Shown here piece by piece: positions 1 to 11,220 of a DNA stretch of 64,000 bases. Each line of letters opens with the position of its first letter. Position 1 is the first letter of the stretch. The notes beneath the pieces were generated by a model. It did no database searches. It saw nothing but the letters and a program-made list of their open reading frames with translations, and had not been told where the DNA came from. The stretch is taken from contig CM075990.1 of the NCBI GenBank assembly GCA_038087875.1, forward strand, positions 17,486,001 through 17,550,000. The letters run 5' to 3'. Source of the DNA: Malacoraja senta. Its lineage: Eukaryota. Both the position numbers and the translations under genes were made by a program.

Positions 1-177
1 CAAGAACCTTCCTCAGATTCACACTTCAAGAGTGTTTTATTGTCATATGTCCCAAAACGGAACAATTAAATTCTTACTTGCAGCAGCACGACGAGATGAG
101 ATAAGAGTACTTTGTAAACACCCATAATAAACAACAAAGAAAAGTATAGAGACACAAAATGCTGGAGTAACATCAGT

Positions 178-752
178 GCCTCTACTTCCTGAGATTACGG
201 AGAGTCGGTTTGTCAAGGAGGACTCTCTCTAACTTCTACAGGTGCACAGTAGAGAGCATGCTGACCGGTTGCATTGTGGCTTGGTTCGGCAACTTGAGCA
301 CCCTGGAGAGGAAAAGACTACAAAAAGTAGTAAACACTGCCCAGTCCATCATTGGCTCTGACCTCCCTTCCATCGAGGGGATCTATCACAGTCGCTGCCT
401 CAAAAAGGCTGGCATTATCATCAAGGACCCACATCATCCTGGCCACACACTCATCTCCCTACTACCTTCAGGTAGTAGGGAGATGAGGACTGAAGACTGC
501 AACGACCAAGTTCAGGAATAGCTACTTCCCCACAGCCATCAGGCTATTAAACCTGGCTCGGACATAACACTGAACTTTATTAGCCAATACTGTTATTTGC
601 ACTTTATCAGTATATTGATTCATGTGTGTATATATTTATAGAATGCCTTGTGGTCAATGCCTACTATGTTCTGTTGTGCTGTAGCAAAGCAAGAATTTCA
701 TTGTCCTATCAGGGACACATGACAATAAACTCACTTGAACTTGAACTTGAAC
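178..752 (+). mobile_element. Rex1/Babar LINE, 5'-truncated 3' end (RT C-terminal region, 3'UTR, (TTGAAC)n tail)
   Basis: ORF 210-521 reads TLSNFYRCTVESMLTGCIVAWFGN...RCLKKAGIIIKDPHHPGH, typical of the Rex1/Babar C-terminus. Near-identical to the minus-strand copy at 42121-42657. Confidence 0.85.
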
Positions 753-950
753 ACCAATTGGTTCGCTCCTGAATTGCTGTCTGACCGCTCAGTTACTCCA
801 GCAATTTGTGTCTATCTGCAGTTCCTTCCTACACATAAAAATCATATACATAAATTTAAAAAACAGACACTAATAGTGCAAAGACATAATCAATGCCTCC
901 AAGTCTATGTAGTTCGGAGTTTATTTGGAGGTTGTCGTGTAGTGATGCTT

Positions 951-1522
951 GTAGTTGCCGCTCCATGTTCTCCAGAACTTTGTAGAAACAAAGAACTGCA
1001 GATGCTGATTTACACCAAAGGCACAAAGTGCCCATCTATCTGAAGTAGGATCAGGACCAGAAACATCACCTATCCATGTTCTCCATAGATACTGCCTGAC
1101 CCGCTGAGTTACTCCAGCACTCTGGGTCCATCTTCAGCAGAACTGTGATTCTTGCTCTAGATTTGCAGCATATTCGGTTCCCTGTGCCTGACTTTCACCC
1201 TTTGATCCGGTTTATGTTTAAAGGGAACCTAATGGCAAGTATTTTCACACACACACCACACACACACAGAGGGGGGGTGGTTTCTATGTGGCTGAGGAAG
1301 TCGTATAGACACAAGGAGCTGCAGGTGCCGGTTTACACAAAAAGACACAGAGTGCTGGAGTAACTCAGTGGGGTCAGGCAGCATCTGTGGGGAACATGGA
1401 CTGGTGAATTTTGGGGTCGGGATCCTACTTCAGGTAGATGGGCACTTTGTGCCTTTGGTACAAATCAGCATCTGCAGTTCTTTGTTTGTACAAAGTTGTG
1501 GAGAACATGGAGCGGCGACTGC
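951..1522. repeat. ~180-bp inverted repeat (951-1128 / 1344-1522) built from Penelope-derived short elements
   Basis: The reverse complement of 951-1128 aligns to 1344-1522, including the chimeric junctions GATGGGCACTTTGTG and ACAAAGTT(C/G)TGGAGAACATGGAGCGGC. Confidence 0.8.
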
Positions 1523-1859
1523 AGCACCGGTGGAGTAACATCAGCGGCTCAGGCGGTGCAGGAGCCCGGGGTGAGGGAGGGGGGGGAGAGCGGCGTCTCT
1601 CCGGTACAGCCCGAGGCCCGGGGATCGGCTCTGACAACCGGCGGCACAGACAGAGTTGCTGCCCGAGTCCCAGCGCCAGGGGCCCGGGATCCATCCCGAC
1701 CCGACCCGACCACGGGTGCTGTCTGTACGTTCTCCCCGGGACAGCGTGGGTTTTCTCCGGGTGCTCCGGTTTCCCTCCCGGGAACCCCGGGCCCTCCACA
1801 ACGGCCCTCGGCCCGCACCCCGACCGTCAGCCCCCTCCCCCTCCCCCCCCGCTCACCGT

Positions 1860-2370
1860 ACGGCCAGTCGGACTCACCGCCACCGCCGCCCGCCGCGCCT
1901 CGCCCACAGCGCCCCCCACTGGGCTGGAGGACCCATCACCACCTCCCGCCGCAGCGCACCCACCAGGCCGGAGGACCAGCGCCCTCCCCTCGCCCACAGC
2001 GCCGTCGACTGGGCCGGAGGTTCCATCCCCACCTTCCCCTCTCGCCCACAGCGCCCCCCACTAGGCCGGAGTACCAGCGCCCTCCCCTCGCCCACAGCGC
2101 CCCCCACTGGCCCGGAGGATCCATCCCCACCTCCCGCCGCAGCGCCTCCACTAGCCCGGAGGACCCATCTCCATCTTCCCCTCGCAGCGCCCCGCACTGG
2201 GTCGGAGGACCAGCGCCCTCCCCTCGCCCACAGCGCCCCCCGCTGGGCCGGAGGACAAAACCGCCTCCGTGACTCCCGGTGGGGTGAAAGATAAAGTGCA
2301 CTACAGCGACACCTGCCGGAGCGGAGGGACATTGCCTGGGATGGATTCCGCAGCGACACCTGCCGGGCCG
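1860..2370. repeat. GC/CpG-rich compound minisatellite (CCCTCGCCCACAGCGCCCCCCACTAGGCCGGAGGA-like units) in a CpG-island-like region (~1500-2400)
   Basis: Units of ~35-45 bp recur through 1885-2260. CpG is abundant compared with the rest of the window. A related unit recurs at 3401-3473. Confidence 0.75.
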
Positions 2371-2483
2371 GATGACGATATGCCCTCTTTACAAGAGCTC
2401 CAGTGTTTAATTGACCTAATGCACTAGGACAGGAATAATGATGTTCTCACTTCTGCTAACACAACATATTATGATAAATAAGG

Positions 2484-2680
2484 TTCAATCCTGACCTCAG
2501 TGCTGTCTGTGTGGAGCTTGCACGTTCTCCCTGTGACTGCGTGGGTTTCCTCCGGGTGCACCGGTTTACTCCCACATCCTAAAGACAAGCAGGTTTCTCG
2601 GTTAATTGGCCCTCTGTATAATTGCCTCTAGTGTGTAGGGAGTGGATGAGACAGTGGGATAACATCAATTTGAATGGGGG
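2484..2680 (+). mobile_element. V-SINE (HE1-like) fragment
   Basis: B-box-like GGTTCAATCC followed by the V-domain TCTGTGTGGAGCTTGCACGTTCTCCCTGTG...GGGTTTCCTCCGGGTGC. Confidence 0.8.
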
Positions 2681-2761
2681 AACAATATCGTGTCCATTTC
2701 CCAAAAGCTCTACCCTCAATCGGGAATTTAGGCGTATAAATGTTTATTGCTGTCCCTTTCA

Positions 2762-3400
2762 CAGAAACATAGAAACATAGAAAATAGGTGCAGGAGCAGG
2801 CCATTCGGCCCTTCGAGCCTGCACCGCCATTCAATATGATCATGGCTGATCATCCAACTCAGTATCCTGTACCTGCCTTCTCTCCATACCCCCTGATCCC
2901 TTTAGCCACAAGGGCCACATCTAACTCCCTCTTAAATATAGCCAATGAACTGGCCTCAACTACCTTCTGTGGCAGAGAATTCCACAGATTCACCACTCTC
3001 TGTGTGAAAAATGTTTTTCTCATCTCAGTCCTAAAAGACTTCCCCCTTATCCTTAAACTGTGACCCCTTGTTCTGGACTTCCCCAACAACGGGAACAATC
3101 TTCCTGCATCTAGCCTGTCCAACCCCTTATGAATTTTGTAAGTTTCTATAAGATCCCCCCTCAATCTTCTAAATTCTAGCGAGTACAAGCCGAGTCTATC
3201 CAGTCTTTCTTCATATGAAAGTCCTGCCATCCCAGGAATCAGTCTGGTGAACCTTCTCTGTACTCCCTCTATGGCAAGAATGTCTTTCTTAGATTAGGAG
3301 ACTAAAACTGTACGCAATACTCCAGGTGTGGTCTCACCAAGACCCTGTACAACTGCAGTAGAACCTCCCTGCTCTTATACTCAAATCCTTTTGCTATGAA
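2762..3400 (-). mobile_element. CR1 (HER1-like) LINE 3' end with (TTTCTATG)n tail
   Basis: ORF 2859-3230 GLSYEERLDRLGLYSLEFRRLRGDLIETYKI...VVNLWNSLPQKVVEA is the CR1 ORF2 C-terminus. There is an in-frame stop upstream. Near-identical to 43082-43395. Confidence 0.92.
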
Positions 3401-3559
3401 GCGGCCAGTCAGGCTCGCCGCTGCCGCCCGCCGCGCCGACATCGCCCCCCACTAGGCCGGAGGACCCATCCCCATTTTTGCAAAATCCTTTTGCTTTTCC
3501 TCCCGTCTCCCTGTGTCCTTCCACCCAGACCAGTCCCCCACTACACCCCCTTTACATTC

Positions 3560-3815
3560 ACCACCGTACGGCCAAACTCGTCTCTAACTCCATCTACAAG
3601 TTTGCAGAGGAAGCCACCGTGGTGGGCCGGATCAAGAACAATGATGAGACGGGCTACAAGGAGATAGAGAACTTAGTGACACGGTGCCAGGAAAATAACC
3701 TCTCCCTCAACATCAGCAAGATGAAGCAGGTTATTGACTTCAGGAAGCATGGTGGAGTTCAAGCCCCAATCGGCATCAATGGAGCGGATGTGGATATGGT
3801 TGGGAGCTTCAGTTC
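3560..3815 (+). mobile_element. Degenerate Rex1/Babar RT fragment
   Basis: NSIYKFAEEATVVGRIKNNDETGYKEIENLVTRCQENNLSLNISKMK resembles the non-LTR RT (F/Y)ADD region, here mutated to FAEE. Confidence 0.75.
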
Positions 3816-4106
3816 CATAAGATCACCCCTCAGCCTCCTGCGCTCCAATGAAATATAGTTCAGGCCTGCCCAATCGCTCCTTTTAGCTCAGGAGCTTCAG
3901 TCCTGGCTACTATGATCTTCTATGGACAGTGCCTTTAGTTGCATCTTGGACTTTGGTTTTGCACTATTACGGCTACCAGGTATAACTCCTTATTAATTTA
4001 TTGTAGTGTTGAGTAAATAATAAAGCACTACATTGGTTAGTAAGGAACATAACCAATCTACATGTAGTTCTGAGTACTTTGTATTTATCTGCATGTTATT
4101 GCGTTT

Positions 4107-6309
4107 TTTTTTTTTTTTTTAATTTTTATTTATTAGAAGTACATTACATTACAACCACATACATTAATACTCGTCATTTGTATCTTCTTACAATTAATGT
4201 ACTCCCTTTATTTATTTTTTTTACACTAAAAAAGGAAAAGATTGAAAGAAAGAAGAAAGTGAAGGAAAAAGTGAAAGTGTAGAAAAGTGTAGAAAATGTA
4301 ACAACAAAAAAGGACGAAGACCCTATAAGAGCGAAATTAAAAACAAAAGAAAAAGAGTTAAGAAATAGGCCCTAGGAAAAAAAAGAGAAAGAGAGAGAGG
4401 AAAAAAAAAAAGAAAAAAAAATGTTTTTTTGAGCATTACGTAAATAGGACATACCAACTCTTCAACTATCATCCCCCCTTACCTGACCTCAATTTTTTAT
4501 TTTTTTTAAAGTAATTTTGCACCCTATGTTTGTAATAATTCTATAAATGCAGACCACGTCAGGTGGAAGTGATCTGGTTTACCTGCTAGGAGGAGTCTTA
4601 TCTCTTCTAGGTGTAATGTTTCAAACATATTTGAAATCCACATATTTATTTATTTATTTATTTTTTTTTTTTTTATTTTTTTATTTTTTAGAAGTACGGT
4701 AGATTACAGTAATGTACAACACGTATATATTAATACATTTTTAGTACCGCTTCACTTTTTTAAACTTTAAGAAAGAAAAAGAAAGAAGTAAGAAAAGTGA
4801 AGAAAGTGCGCAAAGGTTGTGAAGTGCAAAAGAGTGTTGGGAAAAGAAAGCCCCTTAGAAAAGAGGTTAGAGAAGGAAGTAAAGTTAGAAAATAGACCCT
4901 AGAAAAAAAAGAGAAAGAAAGAAGGAACAATCGCTCTATTATAACTCTTATACCATACTTCATAGAGAAGGAACTACCAACCAAGTCTATTTTTATTTTA
5001 CCTCCCATTACCAGGTCCAGATACCTTTTATTTATTTATTTGTTTTTCTAAATTACTATTGCACCTCATGCTTGTAATAGGTCCAAAAACGTAGACCACG
5101 TCTTTTGAAATTGATCTACTTTGCCTACTAGGAGGAATCTCATCTCTTCCAGATGTAATGTTTCCAACATATTTGATGTCCACATTTTTATTGTTGGTGT
5201 GGGCGCATTTTTCCAGAATTTAAGTATAAGCTTTTTTCCCATTATTAGCCCATAATTGAGTAAATTCTTCTGATACACGTTTAATTCAGGAATACCTTCC
5301 GATATTCCAAAAATAATCCATTCTGGTTTTGGTACCAGTTTTATTTTGATTAATTTTGAAAAAATATCAAATATTTCAAACCAGAATTTTTGGATTTTTG
5401 TACAAAAAACAAAAGAATGTGCTATGGTAGCTTCTTGACATATACATTTATATCCACATATTTATAGTTGGTATTGGAGCCTTCTTCCAAAATTTTAGAA
5501 TTAGCTTTTTTCCAGTTATTAACCCATAGTCCATTAATTTCTTTTGAAACACATTTAGTTCTGGATCATCTTCCGTTATTCCGAAGATAATCCATTCTGC
5601 TTTGGGTATCAGTCTTGTTTTAAATAACTTTGTAAAGATTTCAAAAATTTCATTCCAAAATTTTTGAATTTTTGTACAGAAGACGAATGAGTGCGCTATA
5701 GTAGCTTCTTGGGATTGACATTTATCACAAATAGATGATACGTTTGGGAAAATTTTATGAATTTTAGTTTTCGAATAATATAATCTATGTAAAATTTTAA
5801 ATTGTATTAAAGTGTGTCTTACATTAATCGAGCATTTATGCACGTTTAATAAGTGTTCATTCCAACTTTCCTTTGAAATTTTAATAGGTAACTCTTGTTC
5901 CCAGTCTCTTCTGATACCCTCCGTAGGTGGTATTTGTACATTTAAAATAATATTATACAAATATGATATTAAGTTTGCTGATTCCGCTTTTATCTGCATT
6001 GCCTCGTCCAATACATCTACTGGGTTATTATAATGATCTTTTGTATATTTTTTCAAATAGTCGCATATTTGAAAATATTTAAAATATTGATTATTTCCGA
6101 GTTTATATTTTATTTGTAATTGTTGAAATGAAAGTAATTTTCCAGTTTCATACAAGTCACCAAGCGTTTTAATTCCTAGTCTATCCCATTGTGTATAAGC
6201 TTTATCTATAATAGAAGGACTAAACGAAGGATTATTGACTATAGGTAATAAAAGTGATAAATTTCTTAATTTTAAATTTTGTTTTATTTGTTTCCAAATA
6301 CGGATTGTA
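4107..6309 (-). mobile_element. L1-clade LINE, 5'-truncated (ORF2 C-terminus with Cys-rich domain, 3'UTR, poly-A), interrupted by a second L1 copy
   Basis: ORF 5448-6155 contains IQFKILHRLYYS...CDKCQSQEATIAHSFVFCTKIQKFWNEI. Poly-T at ~4104-4120. A 16-bp TSD GCATGTTATTGCGTTT lies at 4091-4106 and 6310-6325. Confidence 0.9.
4650..5451 (-). mobile_element. Second L1-clade 3' end (related subfamily) nested in the first
   Basis: It has its own T-rich tail at 4650-4689. ORF 5066-5278 KKLILKFWKNAPTPTIKMWTSNMLETLHLEE parallels the host copy. A 14-bp TSD ATCCACATATTTAT lies at 4636-4649 and 5452-5465. Confidence 0.9.
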
Positions 6310-6768
6310 GCATGTTATTGCGTTTATGGGACTGTTAAGCTGCTGCAAGTAAGAATTGTCTGTGCACATGACAATTAAAATACTCTTGACTCTTGAACAC
6401 AGACAGCTACAAACTACAAGCTGTCTTTGTTGTGCTGGGGACTTCAGGCCTTTGTTTTGTTTTGCCCTATATTGGAATTTTTTTATTTATTTAACTTATT
6501 TTTAAGTTTGTTTATTATGTTATCTTTATTGAGCACCGTGTTTACAGACGTGTTGTGCTGCTGCAAGTAACAAACGTCATTGTTCAGTTTCAATAGTATC
6601 ACGACAATTAAACACTCTGAATGCTCTCTTGTAAGTGTCAACTGCAAGATGACATGCTGCATTCTGCTGCCCTCTGCTGCCACACTCTGAAACTACAACC
6701 ATCCTCAGCGAGAATCTTCCCAGTATTTCTTGTTTCCAAATAACTTTGTTGTGCTGGGGACTTCAGGT

Positions 6769-6796
6769 CTGAAGAAGGGTTTCGGCCCGAAACGTT
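6769..6796 (+). ncRNA. Minimal hammerhead-ribozyme-like motif (UUCG-loop variant) in a Penelope-derived short element (~6765-6865)
   Basis: CTGAAGA-A-GGGT-TTCG-GCCC-GAAA-CG-TT. Flanks ggt/gcc can form a short helix I. Confidence 0.55.
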
Positions 6797-7014
6797 GCCA
6801 ATTTCCTTCGCTCCATAGATGCTGCTGCACCCGCTGAGTTTCTCCAGCACTTTTGTGTACCTTCCAAATATCTTTGTTGGTTGCAAAGTCGCAGTTTTGA
6901 AAACGTCGTCGCCGTGTCCGGGGCAATGAGATACTATTGTCACCGTGATCAACAACTTGTTGCTCCCCGACCTTGACTACGGCCCTTTGAGATGGACTAT
7001 TACATTGACCTTGA

Positions 7015-7295
7015 CAGTAGTGCAGCGGTAGAGTTGCTGCCTCACAGCGCCAGAGAACCGGGTTCGATCCTGACTACGGGTGCTGTCTGTACGGAGTTTG
7101 TACGTTCTCCCCCTGACCTGCGTGGGTTTTCTCCAAGATCTTCGGTTTCCTCCAACACTCCAAAGACGTACAGATTTGTAGGCTAATTGGCTCGGTGTAA
7201 ATGTAAATTGTGCCAAGAGTTGATGTGCGGGGATTGCTGGTCGGTGCGGACTCGGTGGGACAAAGAGCCTGTTTTTGCGCTGTATCTCTCAATTA
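7015..7295 (+). mobile_element. HE1-like V-SINE, near full length
   Basis: tRNA-like head (GCAGCGGTAGAG...GGTTCGATCC), V-domain and CR1-like tail ending GCCTGTTTTTGCGCTGTATCTC. Confidence 0.88.
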
Positions 7296-7829
7296 AACAT
7301 ATTAAATTACATGGCCTTGTATATTATATGACCTTGACAACATCCCCTTTAGGGAGAATGTTATAATTTGGCAATTGATATACGATATAAACCTTGTAAA
7401 CTTTACAGCTGATATTAAAAATATTGGAAAATAAAGAAATTCAAGCTGGTTGGTGCACCGGGCTGATTCAGCGGCAGGGTGGGGTGAGTGCCAGGAGGTG
7501 GCACAGACCAAGAAGTGTCCACAAATCTTAGGTTTACATTTAGTTTTATTGTCATGTGTGTCGAGGTACAGTGAAAAGCTTTGCTTGCTAACTAGTCAGA
7601 TCAGATAATACAATATTATCCAATCAAACCGAACTCAAGTGCAAGCGATGCTCCAGAGATACTGCCTTACCCGCTGAGATACTCCAGCACTTTGTGTCTT
7701 TTCAAGTGTAAGTACAATGGATGGAGCGATGGGTTGATACAGGGTGCAGAATATAGTTCTCAGCAATTGTAGCACACCAGTTTAGTTGAGCTGAAAGATA
7801 CAGCTAAGGATTCTGTAAAGATACAGATA

Positions 7830-8080
7830 CCTTAGGCCCACCGGTTACGTGCTGACCAATGATCACCTGTACACTAGTTCTACCCTACATACTCGGGAAA
7901 ATTCACAGAAGCCAATTAACTCACAAACCTGTACGTCCTTGGTGTGTCTGAGGAAACCAGAGCACCCAGAGAAAACCCACCTGGTCACAGGGAGAACGTA
8001 CAAACTGTACAGACAGCACCTGTAGTCAGGATAGAACCTGGGTTCCTGGCGCTGTCAGGCAGCAACTCTACCATTGCCAC
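7830..8080 (-). mobile_element. HE1-like V-SINE
   Basis: Reverse complement of the same SINE consensus. Confidence 0.8.
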
Positions 8081-8129
8081 CGAATATGTAGTGGGGTAGA
8101 GGTGAATTAGACAGTGCCCTAGTTTATGG

Positions 8130-8420
8130 CTTGTGGGAGAAGCCTGATACCAGAGGGGCAGAAGCTGACCCTGAATCTGGTAGTGCGCGCTTTCAAGCAT
8201 CTCCATCTTCTGCCGGACGGGAGCAGGGAGAAGAAGGAGTGACCGGGGTGGGACAAGTTATTATGTTGGCTGGTTTTCTGAGGCAGTGTGATGTGTAGAT
8301 GGAGACAGTGGTGGGAAGTCTAGTCTGTGTGATGGATGGGGCTTCATCTATGAATCTCTGCAATGTCTCGCAGTCTTGAGCAGAGCTGTTCCCAAACTAA
8401 AGTGTGATGCTCGCTGACAC
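8130..8420 (-). mobile_element. Rex1/Babar LINE fragment, diverged
   Basis: The minus strand resembles the same ...PGHSFFSLLPSGRR... region seen in other copies. Confidence 0.65.
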
Positions 8421-9019
8421 TTGGATATAATCCTACCTTCTCTGCCATTATTACTCATCTCTTCTCCTTCCTCGAATGTTCAACAACATTGGACCCATCA
8501 ATAGCGTTAAATCCACAGACGTGATGCCTTCAGCTTCAGCCCACAAGAAGTAATAAAATGGGGTTACGAATTATATAATTCGGGCGGTGGAAGATAATTA
8601 AATTAGCCATTGAATTGTTGTAAAATTAGGCTGTAAAATAAAATAAAACCAAGCAGCAAAGGAGTAATGAAAACCTGGTAGTGATTATGAAATAAAGTCA
8701 ATGCAAGTAGATTAATGGAACTCAGAGGAAGAAGGAATATTACACAAAATTAAATCAGAGAGCATGTTCATAAATTACTTGGGCTAAATCTGTAAACCAC
8801 AAAGTAATCTGTTTGCTCAACAATAACAACAAAAACCTTTGTTGCTGCTTAATAATTTGAATGTTGTTCATAGTCTGATGAAATTATCACAAGTCTACCA
8901 CTTTCCATGGATACAGTAGATTCAGTGGACAATGCTGCTGTTACTTCTGCACTGGCTATATGATCTCCCGGCAGTGACATGTTGATGTCAGTCAGTAAAT
9001 CAGGTGTTCATTTTTAGGC

Positions 9020-9430
9020 GCGATCGACACAAAATGCTGGAGTAACTCAGCGGGTCAGGCATCATCTCTGGGGAGAAGGAATAGGTGACATTTCGGGTCG
9101 AGACCCTTCTTCAGACTGAGTTAATGAGTGATGTAGAGAGATGTAGAACAAACGAATGAAAGCAAAAAAGTAACGATGGTAACGATGTTAAAGGAAAGGC
9201 CATTGTTGGCCATGAACTAGGTGAAAACGAGTTACAGCCAATGAAACTCAACAAAATGTTTTTGAAAATAGTATGATGGGTGGGGGAGGGACAGAGAGAG
9301 AGAGAGAGAGGGAGTGCAGGGGTTATTTGAAGTTAGAGAAATCAAGATTCATGCCGTTGCCCAAGCAGAATATGAGGTGCTGTTCGTCCAATTTGTGTTT
9401 GGCCTCACTCTGGCAATGGACGAGGCCATA
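9020..9430 (-). mobile_element. Penelope-like element 3' end (GIY-YIG C-terminus remnant plus 3' pLTR region)
   Basis: The minus strand encodes a CQSEAKHKLDEQHLIFCLG-like remnant. A hammerhead-like motif with one substitution (GAAATGTC) lies at 9087-9114. Confidence 0.8.
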
Positions 9431-10521
9431 TTTAGTAATGTTGACACTGTTACAGACCAATAATCCGGAGCAATTTGACCAACAGGTCTGACGCTTCCGG
9501 CATGGCCAACTGTACGTAAACCCTGTGAGACAGACCTGTAAGTTATTGAAGAGAGCTCGGTGCCCGCCGTGACTCCTGGAGTGTAGCTTTGTCCCAGGAG
9601 CTGGGGCTGTGAACTACACACGTCTTGTTGCCATCATCCATTATGCCGTTTAAACCTCTTTGACATTCACAACTTGTGAGCCATTAATATTCTGCCTGTA
9701 AAAGCCTCAGGTGTGCGTTACTTCCCATGAGCCAATGAACTCATTTGAACCTTTGGTACTTACCATTGATTACTTTGTGCGATTGTTTGGAACAATTACC
9801 GGTCTCCTCAGTACAACGGCGGCATGGGGGAGAAATCGTGGAGGGGGAATTGGTTCGTCAGCCCCTGCTTGAGTCCTATCGTCTGGTTCCAAGGAATTGG
9901 ATGGATTCCTACTTCTTGCTAAATCTCACTTTCTTTTAGATGCTAAAACTGTACGTGTAATTCCCCCCCCCCCATCATATCCATGCCCAGTGGGGAGCAG
10001 ATGTGGAAAAATGCATCATTGATCTAAAGCAACTTCTGCAGAGTTCCCATCTGGGATTGAATAACTAATGGTGGTTTCTGTGGACAGAAACAAGGAAGAT
10101 GCCTTGTTATCCATCATCACATTTCCCAAGTCACAGTCTCCATGCTCGAACAGCCTCGACAGATTTAGCACAAACAGGGCTTTCTATTTATACCACATCT
10201 GCCCAATGTTCAGCAGCTGAACTTTAGTAGATCGGACAGAGGAATTTGAGGCAGGGGAGAAACTGGGTGAAATAGTCTGAGGGATGGAATGAGCAAATCC
10301 TGCCCCTAGTTGTCATGTTCACCCTGGCCACGCTCTCATCTCACTGCCACGCTCTGGACGAAGGTGCAGGTGCCTGAGAACCATGACCTCCAGGTTCAAG
10401 AACAGCTTCTTACCAGCAACCATCAGGCTCACGAACCACATCCCTAACCACATCCCCACCACAACCCCGATCAACAATGGATGTTATATAGCTTGTGCTA
10501 CACACCTGGGCTTGAATATCA

Positions 10522-10810
10522 TGTGTAGGAAGGAACTGCAGATTAATTCAGATCAGTCTGAAGAAGGGTCTCGACCCGAAACGTCACGCATTCCTTCTCT
10601 CCAGAGATGCTTCCTGTCCCACTGAGTTACTCCAGCACTTTGTGTCTACCTTCGATTTAAACCAGCATCTGCAGTTCTTTCCTACACAGGAACTGCAGAT
10701 GCTGGTTTAAACCAAAGAAGGATCTCGACCCGAAAAGTTACCTATACCTTTTCTCCAGAGATGCTGCCTAACCCGCTGAGTTACTCCAGCTTTTTGTGTC
10801 TATCTTCTTG
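10522..10810 (+). mobile_element. Cluster of Penelope-derived short elements
   Basis: Contains the family blocks CTGAAGAAGGGTCTCGACCCGAAACGTC, GCTGAGTTACTCCAGC and CAGCATCTGCAGTTC in both orientations. Confidence 0.75.
10558..10585 (+). ncRNA. Minimal hammerhead-ribozyme-like motif (CUCG-loop variant)
   Basis: CTGAAGA-A-GGGT-CTCG-ACCC-GAAA-CG-TC, intact. Confidence 0.55.
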
Positions 10811-10963
10811 CACGATCATGGTCTGGTTTACCTGGAACAATGAATAATTCTTTGCATATTTATTGTGCTGTGTTATTTCATCGTTCCGTTCCCTGTGCAA
10901 ATGATAATTAAACACTCTTGTGGAAACAAGGAACTGCAGATGCTGGCTTATACCAAAGATAAA

Positions 10964-11220
10964 CACAAAGTGCTGGAGTAACTCAGGCAGCATCTGTGGA
11001 GAACATGGATAGGTGACGTTTCACAGAGTGTTGGAGTAACTCAGCGGGTCAGTCAGCATCTGTGGAGAACATGGATAGGTGACGTTTCACAGAGTGTTGG
11101 AGTAAATCAGCAGGTCAGGCAGCATCTGTGGAGAACATGGATAGGTGACGTTTCACAGAGTGCTGGAGTAACTCAGCGGGTCAGGCAGCATCTGTGGAGA
11201 ACATGGATAGGTGACGGTTC
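10964..11220 (-). repeat. Tandem array of a 66-bp Penelope-derived unit (3 full copies plus 1 shortened)
   Basis: CACAGAGTGCTGGAGTAACTCAGCGGGTCAGGCAGCATCTGTGGAGAACATGGATAGGTGACGTTT starts at 11022, 11088 and 11154, with a deleted copy at 10964. Confidence 0.9.

Noticed and set aside
1425..2359. Long overlapping Pro/Arg/Gly-rich ORFs (up to 258 aa)
   Set aside because: They are open in many frames on both strands because the GC-rich tandem repeat lacks stops. They run through SINE and Penelope fragments and have no recognisable domain.
6425..6767. 24-bp direct repeat CTTTGTTGTGCTGGGGACTTCAGG (6425-6448, 6744-6767) as a possible TSD or LTR
   Set aside because: The enclosed sequence is not a single coherent element. 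More likely a small duplication linked to the adjacent Penelope insertion.
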